DNA of 64,000 bases from Octopus bimaculoides (lineage: Eukaryota), in assembly GCF_001194135.2 (NCBI RefSeq), contig NC_068982.1, forward strand, positions 21,828,752-21,892,751, written 5' to 3'. Made by a program: the position numbers and the translations under genes. Below, one piece after another: positions 38,885-51,146 of this stretch. Every line of letters starts with the position of its first letter. Within the stretch, counting starts at the first letter, position 1. Below the pieces are notes generated by a model. The model was not told the origin of the DNA, did not search any database, and saw nothing but the letters and a program-made list of their open reading frames with translations.

Positions 38885-38967
38885 CCCACGGGCATATGGC
38901 GTAGTTAAAGAGCGCGGGCTACTAACCCCAAGATTCCGAGTTCGATTCCAGGCAGTGACCTGAATAA
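38885..38967 (+). promoter_or_regulatory. tRNA-derived Pol III type-2 promoter (mirror copy at 38802-38884 on minus)
   Basis: tggcgtagttaa (A box) and gagttcgattcc (B box) at tRNA-like spacing. Arms are imperfect, so not a bona fide tRNA. Confidence 0.65.
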
Positions 38968-39875
38968 NNNNNNNNNNNNNNNNNNNNNNNNNNNNNNNNN
39001 NNNNNNNNNNNNNNNNNNNNNNNNNNNNNNNNNNNNNNNNNNNNNNNNNNNNNNNNNNNNNNNNNNNNNNNNNNNNNNNNNNNNNNNNNNNNNNNNNNNN
39101 NNNNNNNNNNNNNNNNNNNNNNNNNNNNNNNNNNNNNNNNNNNNNNNNNNNNNNNNNNNNNNNNNNNNNNNNNNNNNNNNNNNNNNNNNNNNNNNNNNNN
39201 NNNNNNNNNNNNNNNNNNNNNNNNNNNNNNNNNNNNNNNNNNNNNNNNNNNNNNNNNNNNNNNNNNNNNNNNNNNNNNNNNNNNNNNNNNNNNNNNNNNN
39301 NNNNNNNNNNNNNNNNNNNNNNNNNNNNNNNNNNNNNNNNNNNNNNNNNNNNNNNNNNNNNNNNNNNNNNNNNNNNNNNNNNNNNNNNNNNNNNNNNNNN
39401 NNNNNNNNNNNNNNNNNNNNNNNNNNNNNNNNNNNNNNNNNNNNNNNNNNNNNNNNNNNNNNNNNNNNNNNNNNNNNNNNNNNNNNNNNNNNNNNNNNNN
39501 NNNNNNNNNNNNNNNNNNNNNNNNNNNNNNNNNNNNNNNNNNNNNNNNNNNNNNNNNNNNNNNNNNNNNNNNNNNNNNNNNNNNNNNNNNNNNNNNNNNN
39601 NNNNNNNNNNNNNNNNNNNNNNNNNNNNNNNNNNNNNNNNNNNNNNNNNNNNNNNNNNNNNNNNNNNNNNNNNNNNNNNNNNNNNNNNNNNNNNNNNNNN
39701 NNNNNNNNNNNNNNNNNNNNNNNNNNNNNNNNNNNNNNNNNNNNNNNNNNNNNNNNNNNNNNNNNNNNNNNNNNNNNNNNNNNNNNNNNNNNNNNNNNNN
39801 NCAACATATTGCAAATTATTCGGTACGGCTTTCGACTAATTCTTCTATGTACTATCATGCAAAGATAATTGAATT

Positions 39876-39992
39876 GCCAGAGCCGTTAAGGGCGATGTCA
39901 TCCGTTCCGGCTCACTGCATTCTAAGTTCAAACCAGAAATCATTTTGCCTGTCATCTTCCCGGGTTGATGCATGAGGTAAAAGTGAGGTACT
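39876..39992 (+). mobile_element. SINE family A, very diverged
   Basis: gccagagccgttaag..ttctaagttcaaacc..ttttgcctgtcatcttcccgggttgat. Confidence 0.5.
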
Positions 39993-40022
39993 GAAGGCTG
40001 TTATCTCTCTCTCCCTCTCTCC

Positions 40023-40101
<79 letters not shown>

Positions 40102-40461
40102 TCTCTCTTTTGCTGTCTGAATTGTACCTATAATTACAAGGTTTGAGAGCTTTGGACACAAAGTATCATACCGTTTAGACATAGGAATTGTATCAAGGTT
40201 ACGCGCATTTGTACAAAATTTCAACTATTATACGTTAATGTAAAAGGCTAGAAATGCAGTTGCTCGATAAACTAACTGTTAGCTCATCGTCGAAATCGAT
40301 GAAGATTCCATCAAAATATTCAAAAGGCCTTGTGTATTTTAAAGCAAAATCAAATAACTTTGGAAAATAACAGCGGCGATATGTTTATTTAAGTATAAAT
40401 ACATACACACATACATGTATATATATATAAGTATATATATATGTATATATGTGTGTGTATC

Positions 40462-40492
<31 letters not shown>

Positions 40493-41365
40493 GTATGTAT
40501 GTATGTGGCGACTTCAATCTGCTCTCTCCCCATGCTCTTCCCTCGGCCATAATTGACCCTATATATATTGTCACACAACGATTCAATGCGTCTTTGACTG
40601 AATTCGTGTTTGCTAATGGAAAATATATGCATTCTGATTATTTTCCAAGAACACCTATATTATTCGTGCGCATGTTCCTATGTACATGTATATACTCAAA
40701 CATACACAAATACCTATATGACATATGTGTGTGTATGTGTTTGTACGTGTGTGTGTTTGTGTGTGTTTGCTTTCTTATATGTATTTACACGATCATATNN
40801 NNNNNNNNNNNNNNNNNNNNNNNNNNNNNNNNNNNNNNNNNNNNNNNNNNNNNNNNNNNNNNNNNNNNNNNNNNNNNNNNNNNNNNNNNNNNNNNNNNNN
40901 NNNNNNNNNNNNNNNNNNNNNNNNNNNNNNNNNNNNNNNNNNNNNNNNTATATATATATATATATATATATTATACACACACAAGTGAGAGAGAGTGAGA
41001 CAGTGAGAGAGGAAGACAGAGAGAATAAGAGAGAGCTAGGAAATTAGGAAATTAGGAAATAGAGAGAGACAGAGAGAGCGAGAGAGAGGCAAAAAGATGG
41101 TGTCAGGGCGATAGGCAAGATAATTCCAGCTAGTGTTGTTCAAAAACAATTTGGAAATTGTAATCCCTGGAGATAACATGCGTGTCTAGCGACTGAAGGT
41201 TCACAATTTCGACCTGATTGGCTCTCATCAGCCTTGGTCGGTTTAGATCAACACAAACTCTCTCAGGGGTTATGACCTGCGAAATCATTTTAGAGGAACG
41301 CTTGCAATATATTCTGATATAGAATTAATTAATTCATAAGTTCTATAGTGTGTTATATAATTTAT

Positions 41366-41421
<56 letters not shown>

Positions 41422-42124
41422 ACATATGTATTTTCATACGTGTCTGTGTTTTTGCGTGTACGTGTTCATGTGTGCTTTTGAGTGCTTGAATTTGTGTGTT
41501 TGAATATAAGTGTGTAAGTTTTTTGTATGTAAGACTGTATATGTTGTAAGGGACTATTTATAATAGCTTTGAGATGAATATTTCTGTTGTTACATTTTTG
41601 TTTTCTTACATAGAAATACTTATACTTCTATATACTCACAAACACACACAAATACACATTCACGCACAGACACACACACATACATAGGTAGCTAGATAGA
41701 AAGATAGATAAATAGAAAGAGGGAGGGAGAGAGAAAACTTTAAGAGAAGTGTAGTCATGGACATCATATCTATTTTAGAGTTATATAAAATTTCTTTATC
41801 TAATATATTTCTATTCTTATACAATTATATAGAGACGTGAGATACGAAGAATATCTCGCTGCAAGTTCTAGCACGTCGAGCGACCATTTCATGTCTTCTC
41901 TCATTGCTTTCTTATTCAATAAAGATTGTTTTTTTCTTTATATTTTGTTCTGTTGTTAGGGATTACTGCTGATGATGATGATCGTTATGATGGTGATGGC
42001 GACAGTAGTTGTGGTAGTGGTGGTGGTGGTGGTGGTGGTGGGAGGTTATCGTTTAGTCCCAAGTCAGCTTTAATTTAAGAACAAATTTACGATCAAAAGC
42101 ATTGCAGCCGTTATTATATGTGTA

Positions 42125-42545
42125 GGCACTTGGTCTCAAGTTCAGTTCCGCTGCGTTGCAGCTGGGGAAAGTGTCTTCTACTATATCCTCGGACCGACGA
42201 AAACNNNNNNNNNNNNNNNNNNNNNNNNNNNNNNNNNNNNNNNNNNNNNNNNNNNNNNNNNNNNNNNNNNNNNNNNNNNNNNNNNNNNNNNNNNNNNNNN
42301 NNNNGTGTGTGTGTGTGTGTGTGTGTGCGTGCGTCTTTGTGTCTGTGTTTGTCCTTCACTACCACTTGACAGTCAGTGCTGGTGTGCTTCCGTACGTACC
42401 CGAAATCTAGGGCTTTACCTAAGAGATCGATAGAATCAGAACTAGTCTTATAAAAAAATAGTTCTAACAATTCTTCAAGGTGGTAACCCAGCATGACCGC
42501 AGTCTCATAACTGGAACAAGTAGAAGTTAAAAGATAAAAGAGAAG
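42125..42545 (+). mobile_element. SINE family B, old, spanning a gap
   Basis: gttcagttccgctgcg..gtgtcttctactatatcctcggaccgac..ccagcatgaccgcagtc..aaagataaaag. Confidence 0.75.
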
Positions 42546-45005
42546 TGTGAATCCAGAACCACCAATATCTAATATGTTATTTGTATAGTAAACCAGTAAC
42601 AATTAATTTTAGAGAGATCGGGTTATTTCTTACAGACCTAGCGACCATTTAGAAACGAAACTGCCGCGTTAGGTTTTCTTTGGATTTAACTGCGATGATT
42701 ATCAGAATGGCTTTCATAAGTGTTGATCGCAGTTGTTAGGTGTGTTGTTGTGGATTAACACCTACGTTTGCTCTTTTTAAGTAGGTCTTATGATTCAAAA
42801 TTTGAAGTCATGTCCATCTTATTCGTTCTGCAAAACAAGGACAAAATTGGACAATATTTTTAAATACCTGCTTTCAAGACATCAGTGTGTTTTTGAGTAA
42901 ATTTGGTTGCTATTTCCAGCTTATCAATATATCATTTATGGGCTCTGTCATTGGTGTGTTGATATTGGTGCCGGTTTGAGTATATTTTTGTTGCGCTTAT
43001 TAATATTATGGTGGTGGTGGTGGTGGTTTTTGGTAGTGGTTTTCGTTGTTGGAGGTGATGCTGGTTGCTGATAATGTTAGTCTTGGTGGTGGTGGTGGTG
43101 GTGGTGGTGGTCGCGGTAATGGTGATAGTGTTGATAGTGTTGGTGATGACGATGGTGGTGATATTAGCTGGTGGTAGTGGTTGTGGTGGTGATGGCTGTG
43201 GAATTGGTGTTGGTGAGAATTAGATATTCATTAGCTTGAAAGACAAACAAGCTTGCTGAAATGATTTCCTGTTGTGAATAATTATTAAATAGAGATCTGT
43301 CGTCTAAACGTGTACACACACTTTATTGTAGTTTCATACACTTCTGCATACACCCGGAAAACACACACACACACACACACACCCACACCCACACACACAC
43401 ATACGTGCATGCATACATCTACATATATGCACACATACGATTACACACGTAAAAGGACACATTTCCGCTGAGACGCATATTTTCACACTCAGAAATGAAT
43501 TAAAAATTCTACACATATACATACACTCGCACACTCATGCACACATGGATGCGTTGATTCTGCGACATATATACACAGATAATCAAAAATGAATACACAC
43601 ACATGCGCAGATACATACGCATGCCCACACGCGGGGATACAGATACACATACACACATGCAAACACACATACAAACACACAGACACTCAATGCTTCTAAG
43701 GCATATATACGCAGACACTGCATAACGAATATTCACACAGGCATAGACACCCATATATACACAAGTACACACGCACATACACGCTAAATATCAGGATTAA
43801 TAATTAAAGCTAATAATTTTATTCTCTTTATTATGAGAACAAATTTTAATTAATTAAGCATATTTTGTTTTGTTTTGTAATCTATTTTATGCATGGGATA
43901 GGAAGGACATAATTCCTAATTCCTACCCGACGGATACCCGGGTGGCAGACTGGGAAATGCTTCCTAGATACATAACCATGACCAAAATGGAAATATGACA
44001 TTTTGGAGAAAACATTGTTTACTCTATGGCGAGAATAGTATCCGACGGCCACCCGACTTAGAATTACAGGTAAAATCAATGAGAGCAGCAAGATAGATGA
44101 ACAGTTTTTGTAAAAGTGTCACCCTTGTTGCTGAACAAAGGGTCTCATGTCAGATCAATGGCTAAGATCATCGATTTCTCGTTGTGTGCTACTTGCAAAC
44201 GTCAATACACCTGGTGACCGTGGATATTATTAGCCAATGAAAGATTTCAATTCCAGTAAATTCAACCAGACAATGATTAAATAAGTTACAACTCAATTTA
44301 ACTATATATTTTTCATACAGGAAATGTCCCTCGCTAAAATCTCCATTTCCAGTTATTCTGCAAACTGTACAGATTTACCGATGTACCTACACACAAATTA
44401 TTCATTATATTCTTTCTCACCCTCTCTTCCTTTTTCTCTCTCGCTCTCTTTCTCTTTCTCTTTCAATTTTTCTCTCTCCTCTAGAATCTCGCAAGCACTG
44501 GTAACCCAATATTGCATTGAAGAGTTCTAATAAGATCGAAAAGTGTTCGGAGTTGCCGTCTCTTTAGATAAAGATCAGACTCATTCCATACTATACTTCC
44601 TTAGTCAATATGTAATTAATTGGATTTTATAGTTATCTTCATAGTCTTTCGTAACGAAGATTAAGCATTTAGTTAAAGATTTCACTCTTTTTCTTCTCAC
44701 TACACGTATAATTTTAATTAATTTAATATTTGTTTAACTCACTATATTAAGAAGGTTATCACTCAATGTAACAATATCAAAATAAATGATTTTCTCCCAT
44801 TTATGGCATTTTAATGATTGGGTTGGCACCAAACTAGATTAGTAGAATAAATCAGCCAGAGTGCTTATTCAACGTTGATACTGCTTTAACCAGTATCTAT
44901 CAAAATGTGAACAAGAAAAAGACTTTCACACGAAAGGACGTAATACAACTTACCGTTTTCTCTCCGAAATACACACACATCACCCCTTTCCACACACACA
45001 CACAC

Positions 45006-45056
<51 letters not shown>

Positions 45057-45064
45057 CAGACAAT

Positions 45065-45118
<54 letters not shown>

Positions 45119-46264
45119 CATAGATAGATACACACAGCGGCCTTCTCCACTGTTTCTGCCTACCATATTCCTCTTATAAATCATTGGTTAATTTAAACCT
45201 AGTCTACACTGGAAGTCACTTGCCCACTAGATTATGTATTAGGAATGAATCTAGAAACACGTTGTTGTGAATGATGTAATTTTTTTGAAATTGCACTCTG
45301 ATGAAGATACCTTGGCTCCATACTCCAATGCGTTTGTGAAATCCCTACAATATAATTACAGGAAATGTTGCTGCAATAGTACCAAGTGCATGGTGGCTCA
45401 TTTTTATTCATTTTGTTATGAATTCGAGATAAACGAAGTGGAAGTTTTTCTTTAGCTAACTTTTACATTATGTTCGTTAAATATTTTATACTATTTGTGA
45501 AATTGGTATCTCTCGAAAATGTTGGCATATCCATATCATACATTTTTTTTTAGCTTAGTTGATTACGACATTTATACTAAGCTATGTAGGTGAGCCATAT
45601 TCATTCTATATTACTGTTATTGTGCTATTGTTGTTTTCTATGCAATGTTTTTTTTTTTTTTTAATCAAAGCTTCTAGTGTTTTCTTTCAGAAATATGCAG
45701 CGTGACTAAGTGAAACTTTTATTTTAAAACGTTTTGAAAATACTTCTGGTAACGTTGCTGACTCTAATGTTTTTGATTTTAGGTGGACAATTTAATATAT
45801 GTTGAATTCGTTATATACTCTGCCTAAGAGGCTTACAATTATCATGTTAGTTCTGGAGGTGATTTGTTAAAAAATCATTTCTATTAAATCTAGATGTATT
45901 TATCTAAATAATAAATGTTAATAAATATATAATTGTTCGAGTCTGGTAGACAAGGTTGCCCGGTGGGCTGAACGAGAACAACGCTAACCAAATCGCTATT
46001 AAATATAATTTACATATGGAGACAACACAAGAGACTGTGATAATGTGTGTGTATGTGTGCGCGCGCGTCCTAGTGTCATAGAGGAGAGCTAACGAGAGAG
46101 GACAAGAGAATGACAGGGAGGGAAAAGAAAAGAGAGCCTGAAGAGATAGAGAAGGTATAGGAGAAGAGTGAACGGTGAAAGTAGTATCAGAAGACAAATG
46201 GAGAAAATGTAGAGGAAATAGATATGGAAAGAAAAGGAGAATATTTATGATATATTCACAATCA

Positions 46265-46328
46265 TAAAGGCGGTGCTCCAGCATGGCCACAGTCAAATGA
46301 CTGAAACAAGTAAAAGAGTAAAAGATTA
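46265..46328 (+). mobile_element. SINE family B, 3' terminal fragment
   Basis: taaaggcggtgctccagcatggccacagtcaaatgactgaaacaagtaaaagagtaaaag. Confidence 0.85.
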
Positions 46329-46817
46329 CTGAATCACGATGCTGAGCATTGAGATGCTCAACAAGAAGTATTCTCGCTCGTGACATGAATGTCTAAATGG
46401 CTGAGTACTCCACAGGCAAGTGTACATTAAGTGCAATTCTAGGTTTGATGCAGCATGACAATCTTGTCTTTCATTCTTTGTTTTTTTTTCTTTTGTTTTT
46501 GATTTTCATTGCAGATATAATATAATCCAGAGAAGAAAAAGAGAGGAAGAAAAAGATGAACTGAGGAAAAGAATGAGGTCGGAAAGGAGAAAGGAACAAG
46601 AATTGGCCGCAGTCATGGCAGATAGTATACTTATTGACCCCGACAAGATGAAAGACAGTGAAGGTATTTGAACTCAAAGTGCAGAGACTCGGAACAAATA
46701 ACACATGACAACCCATGCAACGTTCTACAGATTCTACGGATTTGCAGCATTGTGTGTTGCCGACAGAGTATGTGTAGTTTTATGTATGCTTCAAAGCATA
46801 TATGTGCATATATATAA

Positions 46818-46873
<56 letters not shown>

Positions 46874-47255
46874 GGTGACTGTGTTTGTAGCTCTGATCGT
46901 TCATGCGCAATACGTGATTGAATTGTTTACGTTTTAAATAGNNNNNNNNNNNNNNNNNNNNNNNNNNNNNNNNNNNNNNNNNNNNNNNNNNNNNNNNNNN
47001 NNNNNNNNNNNNNNNNNNNNNNNNNNNNNNNNNNNNNNNNNNNNNNNNNNNNNNNNNNNNNNNNNNNNNNNNNNNNNNNNNNNNNNNNNNNNNNNNNNNN
47101 NNNNNNNNNNNNNNNNNNNNNNNNNNNNNNNNNNNNNNNNNNNNNNNNNNNNNNNNNNNNNNNNNNNNNNNNNNNNNNNNNNNNNNNNNNNNNNNNNNNN
47201 NNNNNNNNNNNNNNNNNNNNNNNNNNNNNNNNNNNNNNNNNNATATATATAAGTT

Positions 47256-47648
47256 ACACTTTTACTCTATTTGTTTCAATCATTTGACTGCGGCCATGCT
47301 AGGGCACCGCCTGTAGTCGAACAAATCAAACCCAGGACTTATTCTTTGTAAGCCTAGTTTTTGTTCTATCGGTTTCTTTTGCCGAACAGCTACGTTACGG
47401 GGACGTAAACACACCAGCATCGGTTGCCAAGCGATGGTCGGGGGGGGGCAGACATATCAACACCCCACACCCACACACCCGTATATATGTATATACGATG
47501 GGCTTCTTTTAGTTTCTGTCTACCAAATCAATTCACAAGGCTTTGGTCGGCCCGAGGTTATACTAGAACACACTCACCCAAGGTGCCACGGAGTGGGATT
47601 GAACCTGGAACAATATGGTTAGTAATCAAGCTTCTTACCACACAGCCT
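47256..47648 (-). mobile_element. SINE family B, near full length
   Basis: Both halves present with a short internal CA/TA tract. Confidence 0.9.
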
Positions 47649-48189
47649 AAGCACATGATTTAAATAGGATCTTCTGTAAATTTCATGCTCTGATAGTATA
47701 GTTATCAGACGAGTTTATATACCGCGTTGTGTATTATCTTTCGATGTCTTTCTTTTTCTTTATCACTTTTTCTCAGAGAGCAGCCATGTTCATTTTGTGC
47801 CTCAAAGATTACAGGATACTATTTGGCACATTATACAAGTTCGACCGATTACTGAACTCACTTAAATCACGTGTTTTAATTCCGCACGCATTCACAGATA
47901 CTCAAAATTAATTTGATAACTACAATCACATGACAAACTGGATGCATTTAATGGGGTTCACATTCTTGCAGACATTATATTTAGGTCACCGGCCTTAGAA
48001 TTATCTTCGCAACACACCTGTCATAGAGGTTCAGGAATGTATCATAGGCGTTGCCCCCAACACCTGATTATTATATGAAAATATACAAACACATACTTAG
48101 CTATAAAGTTTATGTGTGTGTATTAATAGAAATTTCAACTATAATTTTTAGATACTACTTGTTTAATCTTTTGGATTCTAATGTGGTTA

Positions 48190-48345
48190 AGGTGCAAGCG
48201 TGGAAGTGTGGGGAGAAGTTAGCTCCCCAACCAAATGATCCGGGATTCAGTTCCACTGCGTGGCATTTTTGTTGCCTCAGGCCGACCTAAGCATTGAGAG
48301 TGGGTTTGGTGGATAAAAACTGAAAGCATAAAAGCCATTCGCGCA
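48190..48345 (+). mobile_element. SINE family B, old 5' half
   Basis: gatccgggattcagttccactgcgtggc..ctcaggccgacctaagcattgagagtgggtttgg. Confidence 0.65.
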
Positions 48346-48347
48346 TA

Positions 48348-48378
<31 letters not shown>

Positions 48379-48408
48379 GTGTGTGTGTATGTGTGTGTGT
48401 GTGTGTGC

Positions 48409-48474
<66 letters not shown>

Positions 48475-49064
48475 ATATGTGAGTGTGTGTATGTGTGTGT
48501 CTAGCCATGTGAAACTCTTTGTGTCTGCGTTTGTNNNNNNNNNNNNNNNNNNNNNNNNNNNNNNNNNNNNNNNNNNNNNNNNNNNNNNNNNNNNNNNNNN
48601 NNNNNNNNNNNNNNNNNNNNNNNNNNNNNNNNNNNNNNNNNNNNNNNNNNNNNNNNNNNNNNNNNNNNNNNNNNNNNNNNNNNNNNNNNNNNNNNNNNNN
48701 NNNNNNNNNNNNNNNNNNNNNNNNNNNNNNNNNNNNNNNNNNNNNNNNNNNNNNNNNNNNNNNNNNNNNNNNNNNNNNNNNNNNNNNNNNNNNNNNNNNN
48801 NNNNNNNNNNNNNNNNNNNNNNNNNNNNNNNNNNNNNNNNNNNNNNNNNNNNNNNNNNNNNNNNNNNNNNNNNNNNNNNNNNNNNNNNNNNNNNNNNNNN
48901 NNNNNNNNNNNNNNNNNNNNNNNNNNNNNNNNNNNNNNNNNNNNNNNNNNNNNNNNNNNNNNNNNNNNNNNNNNNNNNNNNNNNNNNNNNNNNNNNNNNN
49001 NTATATATATATATATATACATATATATATACATATACATATACATATATATATATACACACAT

Positions 49065-49097
<33 letters not shown>

Positions 49098-49098
<1 letters not shown>

Positions 49099-49885
49099 AG
49101 GTACAGGACGTCACAAAATGCTAACAAATGAAATACTAAATACGAAAACATGGAATACGAAGACAAACTATTGTATGCCAACAACGAAAGACACAAATGG
49201 AATACAAGACACGCAACATAAAGTACGACCTTCATTAGTTGTCAGCTGTATATCTACTCCACATTTCGATCAATTCACGACGAGATGTGCCTTTGAGAAA
49301 ACAGATGCTCCGCGAACCAAAATAAAATTTGAGATTTGCGGACGGTCAAAGTTGGTAACAAAAACAGGACAGCGAAGACAAACGGTGAGGTTTGCTAAGC
49401 CATACGAGGTAATGTGGCGAACGCTGGAAGAACATTCTTTGAAAGGAGAAAATATAGGAGAGGAGACAGACAAGAATGTGCCTGGTCTCTGCGGCAGACC
49501 GAAAAAAAAGAAGAAAGATGATCAAATGAGGAAATGAAAGATGGCCGATGGTCACGTGTGAGCAATGAGAGAGTAAGGGAAGAAGAGGGAGAGAGTGAGA
49601 GGAACAGATCGAAAATGGTGAAGGGAACAAAAAAGAATTAAAGAAAGGAAAAGAGAGAAAGAGAACAGTACAGGGCAGAACGCATCGAAATTATTAAGAT
49701 AAACTTACTTGAAAACAGATGCGTGACGCTCAATCATATAATAATATAAATAATATGTATGTTTGTCTATATACATATATATATATATGCATATATGGGT
49801 ACCGAACGTCACAAAACGTAAACAACATGAAATACGAAAACATAGAATATGAAGACAAACTTGTGTATGCTAACAACATATACAC
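49098..49885. repeat. Unclassified element with a directly repeated segment of about 85 bp
   Basis: ggtacaggacgtcacaaaatgctaacaaatgaaata.. (about 49100) and ggtaccgaacgtcacaaaacgtaaacaacatgaaata.. (about 49798). Confidence 0.6.
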
Positions 49886-50906
49886 TTGTATAGCATATTA
49901 TATATATATATATATATATNNNNNNNNNNNNNNNNNNNNNNNNNNNNNNNNNNNNNNNNNNNNNNNNNNNNNNNNNNNNNNNNNNNNNNNNNNNNNNNNN
50001 NNNNNNNNNNNNNNNNNNNNNNNNNNNNNNNNNNNNNNNNNNNNNNNNNNNNNNNNNNNNNNNNNNNNNNNNNNNNNNNNNNNNNNNNNNNNNNNNNNNN
50101 NNNNNNNNNNNNNNNNNNNNNNNNNNNNNNNNNNNNNNNNNNNNNNNNNNNNNNNNNNNNNNNNNNNNNNNNNNNNNNNNNNNNNNNNNNNNNNNNNNNN
50201 NNNNNNNNNNNNNNNNNNNNNNNNNNNNNNNNNNNNNNNNNNNNNNNNNNNNNNNNNNNNNNNNNNNNNNNNNNNNNNNNNNNNNNNNNNNNNNNNNNNN
50301 NNNNNNNNNNNNNNNNNNNNNNNNNNNNNNNNNNNNNNNNNNNNNNNNNNNNNNNNNNNNNNNNNNNNNNNNNNNNNNNNNNNNNNNNNNNNNNNNNNNN
50401 NNNNNNNNNNNNNNNNNNNNNNNNNNNNNNNNNNNNNNNNNNNNNNNNNNNNNNNNNNNNNNNNNNNNNNNNNNNNNNNNNNNNNNNNNNNNNNNNNNNN
50501 NNNNNNNNNNNNNNNNNNNNNNNNNNNNNNNNNNNNNNNNNNNNNNNNNNNNNNNNNNNNNNNNNNNNNNNNNNNNNNNNNNNNNNNNNNNNNNNNNNNN
50601 NNNNNNNNNNNNNNNNNNNNNNNNNNNNNNNNNNNNNNNNNNNNNNNNNNNNNNNNNNNNNNNNNNNNNNNNNNNNNNNNNNNNNNNNNNNNNNNNNNNN
50701 NNNNNNNNNNNNNNNNNNNNNNNNNNNNNNNNNNNNNNNNNNNNNNNNNNNNNNNNNNNNNNNNNNNNNNNNNNNNNNNNNNNNNNNNNNNNNNNNNNNN
50801 NNNNNNNNNNNNNNNNNNNNNNNNNNNNNNNNNNNNNNNNNNNNNNNNNNNNNNNNNNNNNNNNNNNNNNNNNNNNNNNNNNNNNNNNNNNNNNNNNNNN
50901 NNNNNN

Positions 50907-50976
<70 letters not shown>

Positions 50977-51146
50977 AGCGAAAGAGAGATAGAGAGAGAG
51001 AGAGCGAAAGAGAGAGAGAGATGTTTATACTTACATATGTATATGTATATACTTACATAGATATGCGTATGTATATATGTACATATATGTGCGATGACCG
51101 ATGCACACACACACACACACACACACATCACTTGTGCCTGCTGCTG

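Larger units (their letters stand above)
38616..38967. mobile_element. Family H element, copy 2: hammerhead arm + (ATT)n + head-to-head tRNA-like palindrome, truncated by a gap
   Basis: 38616-38800 is homologous to the arms at 34.5 and 61.9 kb. 38802-38967 is a spacerless palindrome, 76/83 identical between arms. Confidence 0.88.

Noticed and set aside
38885-38960. Functional tRNA gene
   Set aside because: Acceptor, anticodon and T stems are imperfect, and it is part of a palindrome. Treated as a SINE-type head.
45295-45345. CUGAUGA box followed by GAAA
   Set aside because: No pairable stem II or stem I. Same for isolated boxes at about 1970, 6805, 35175, 54670 and 61360.
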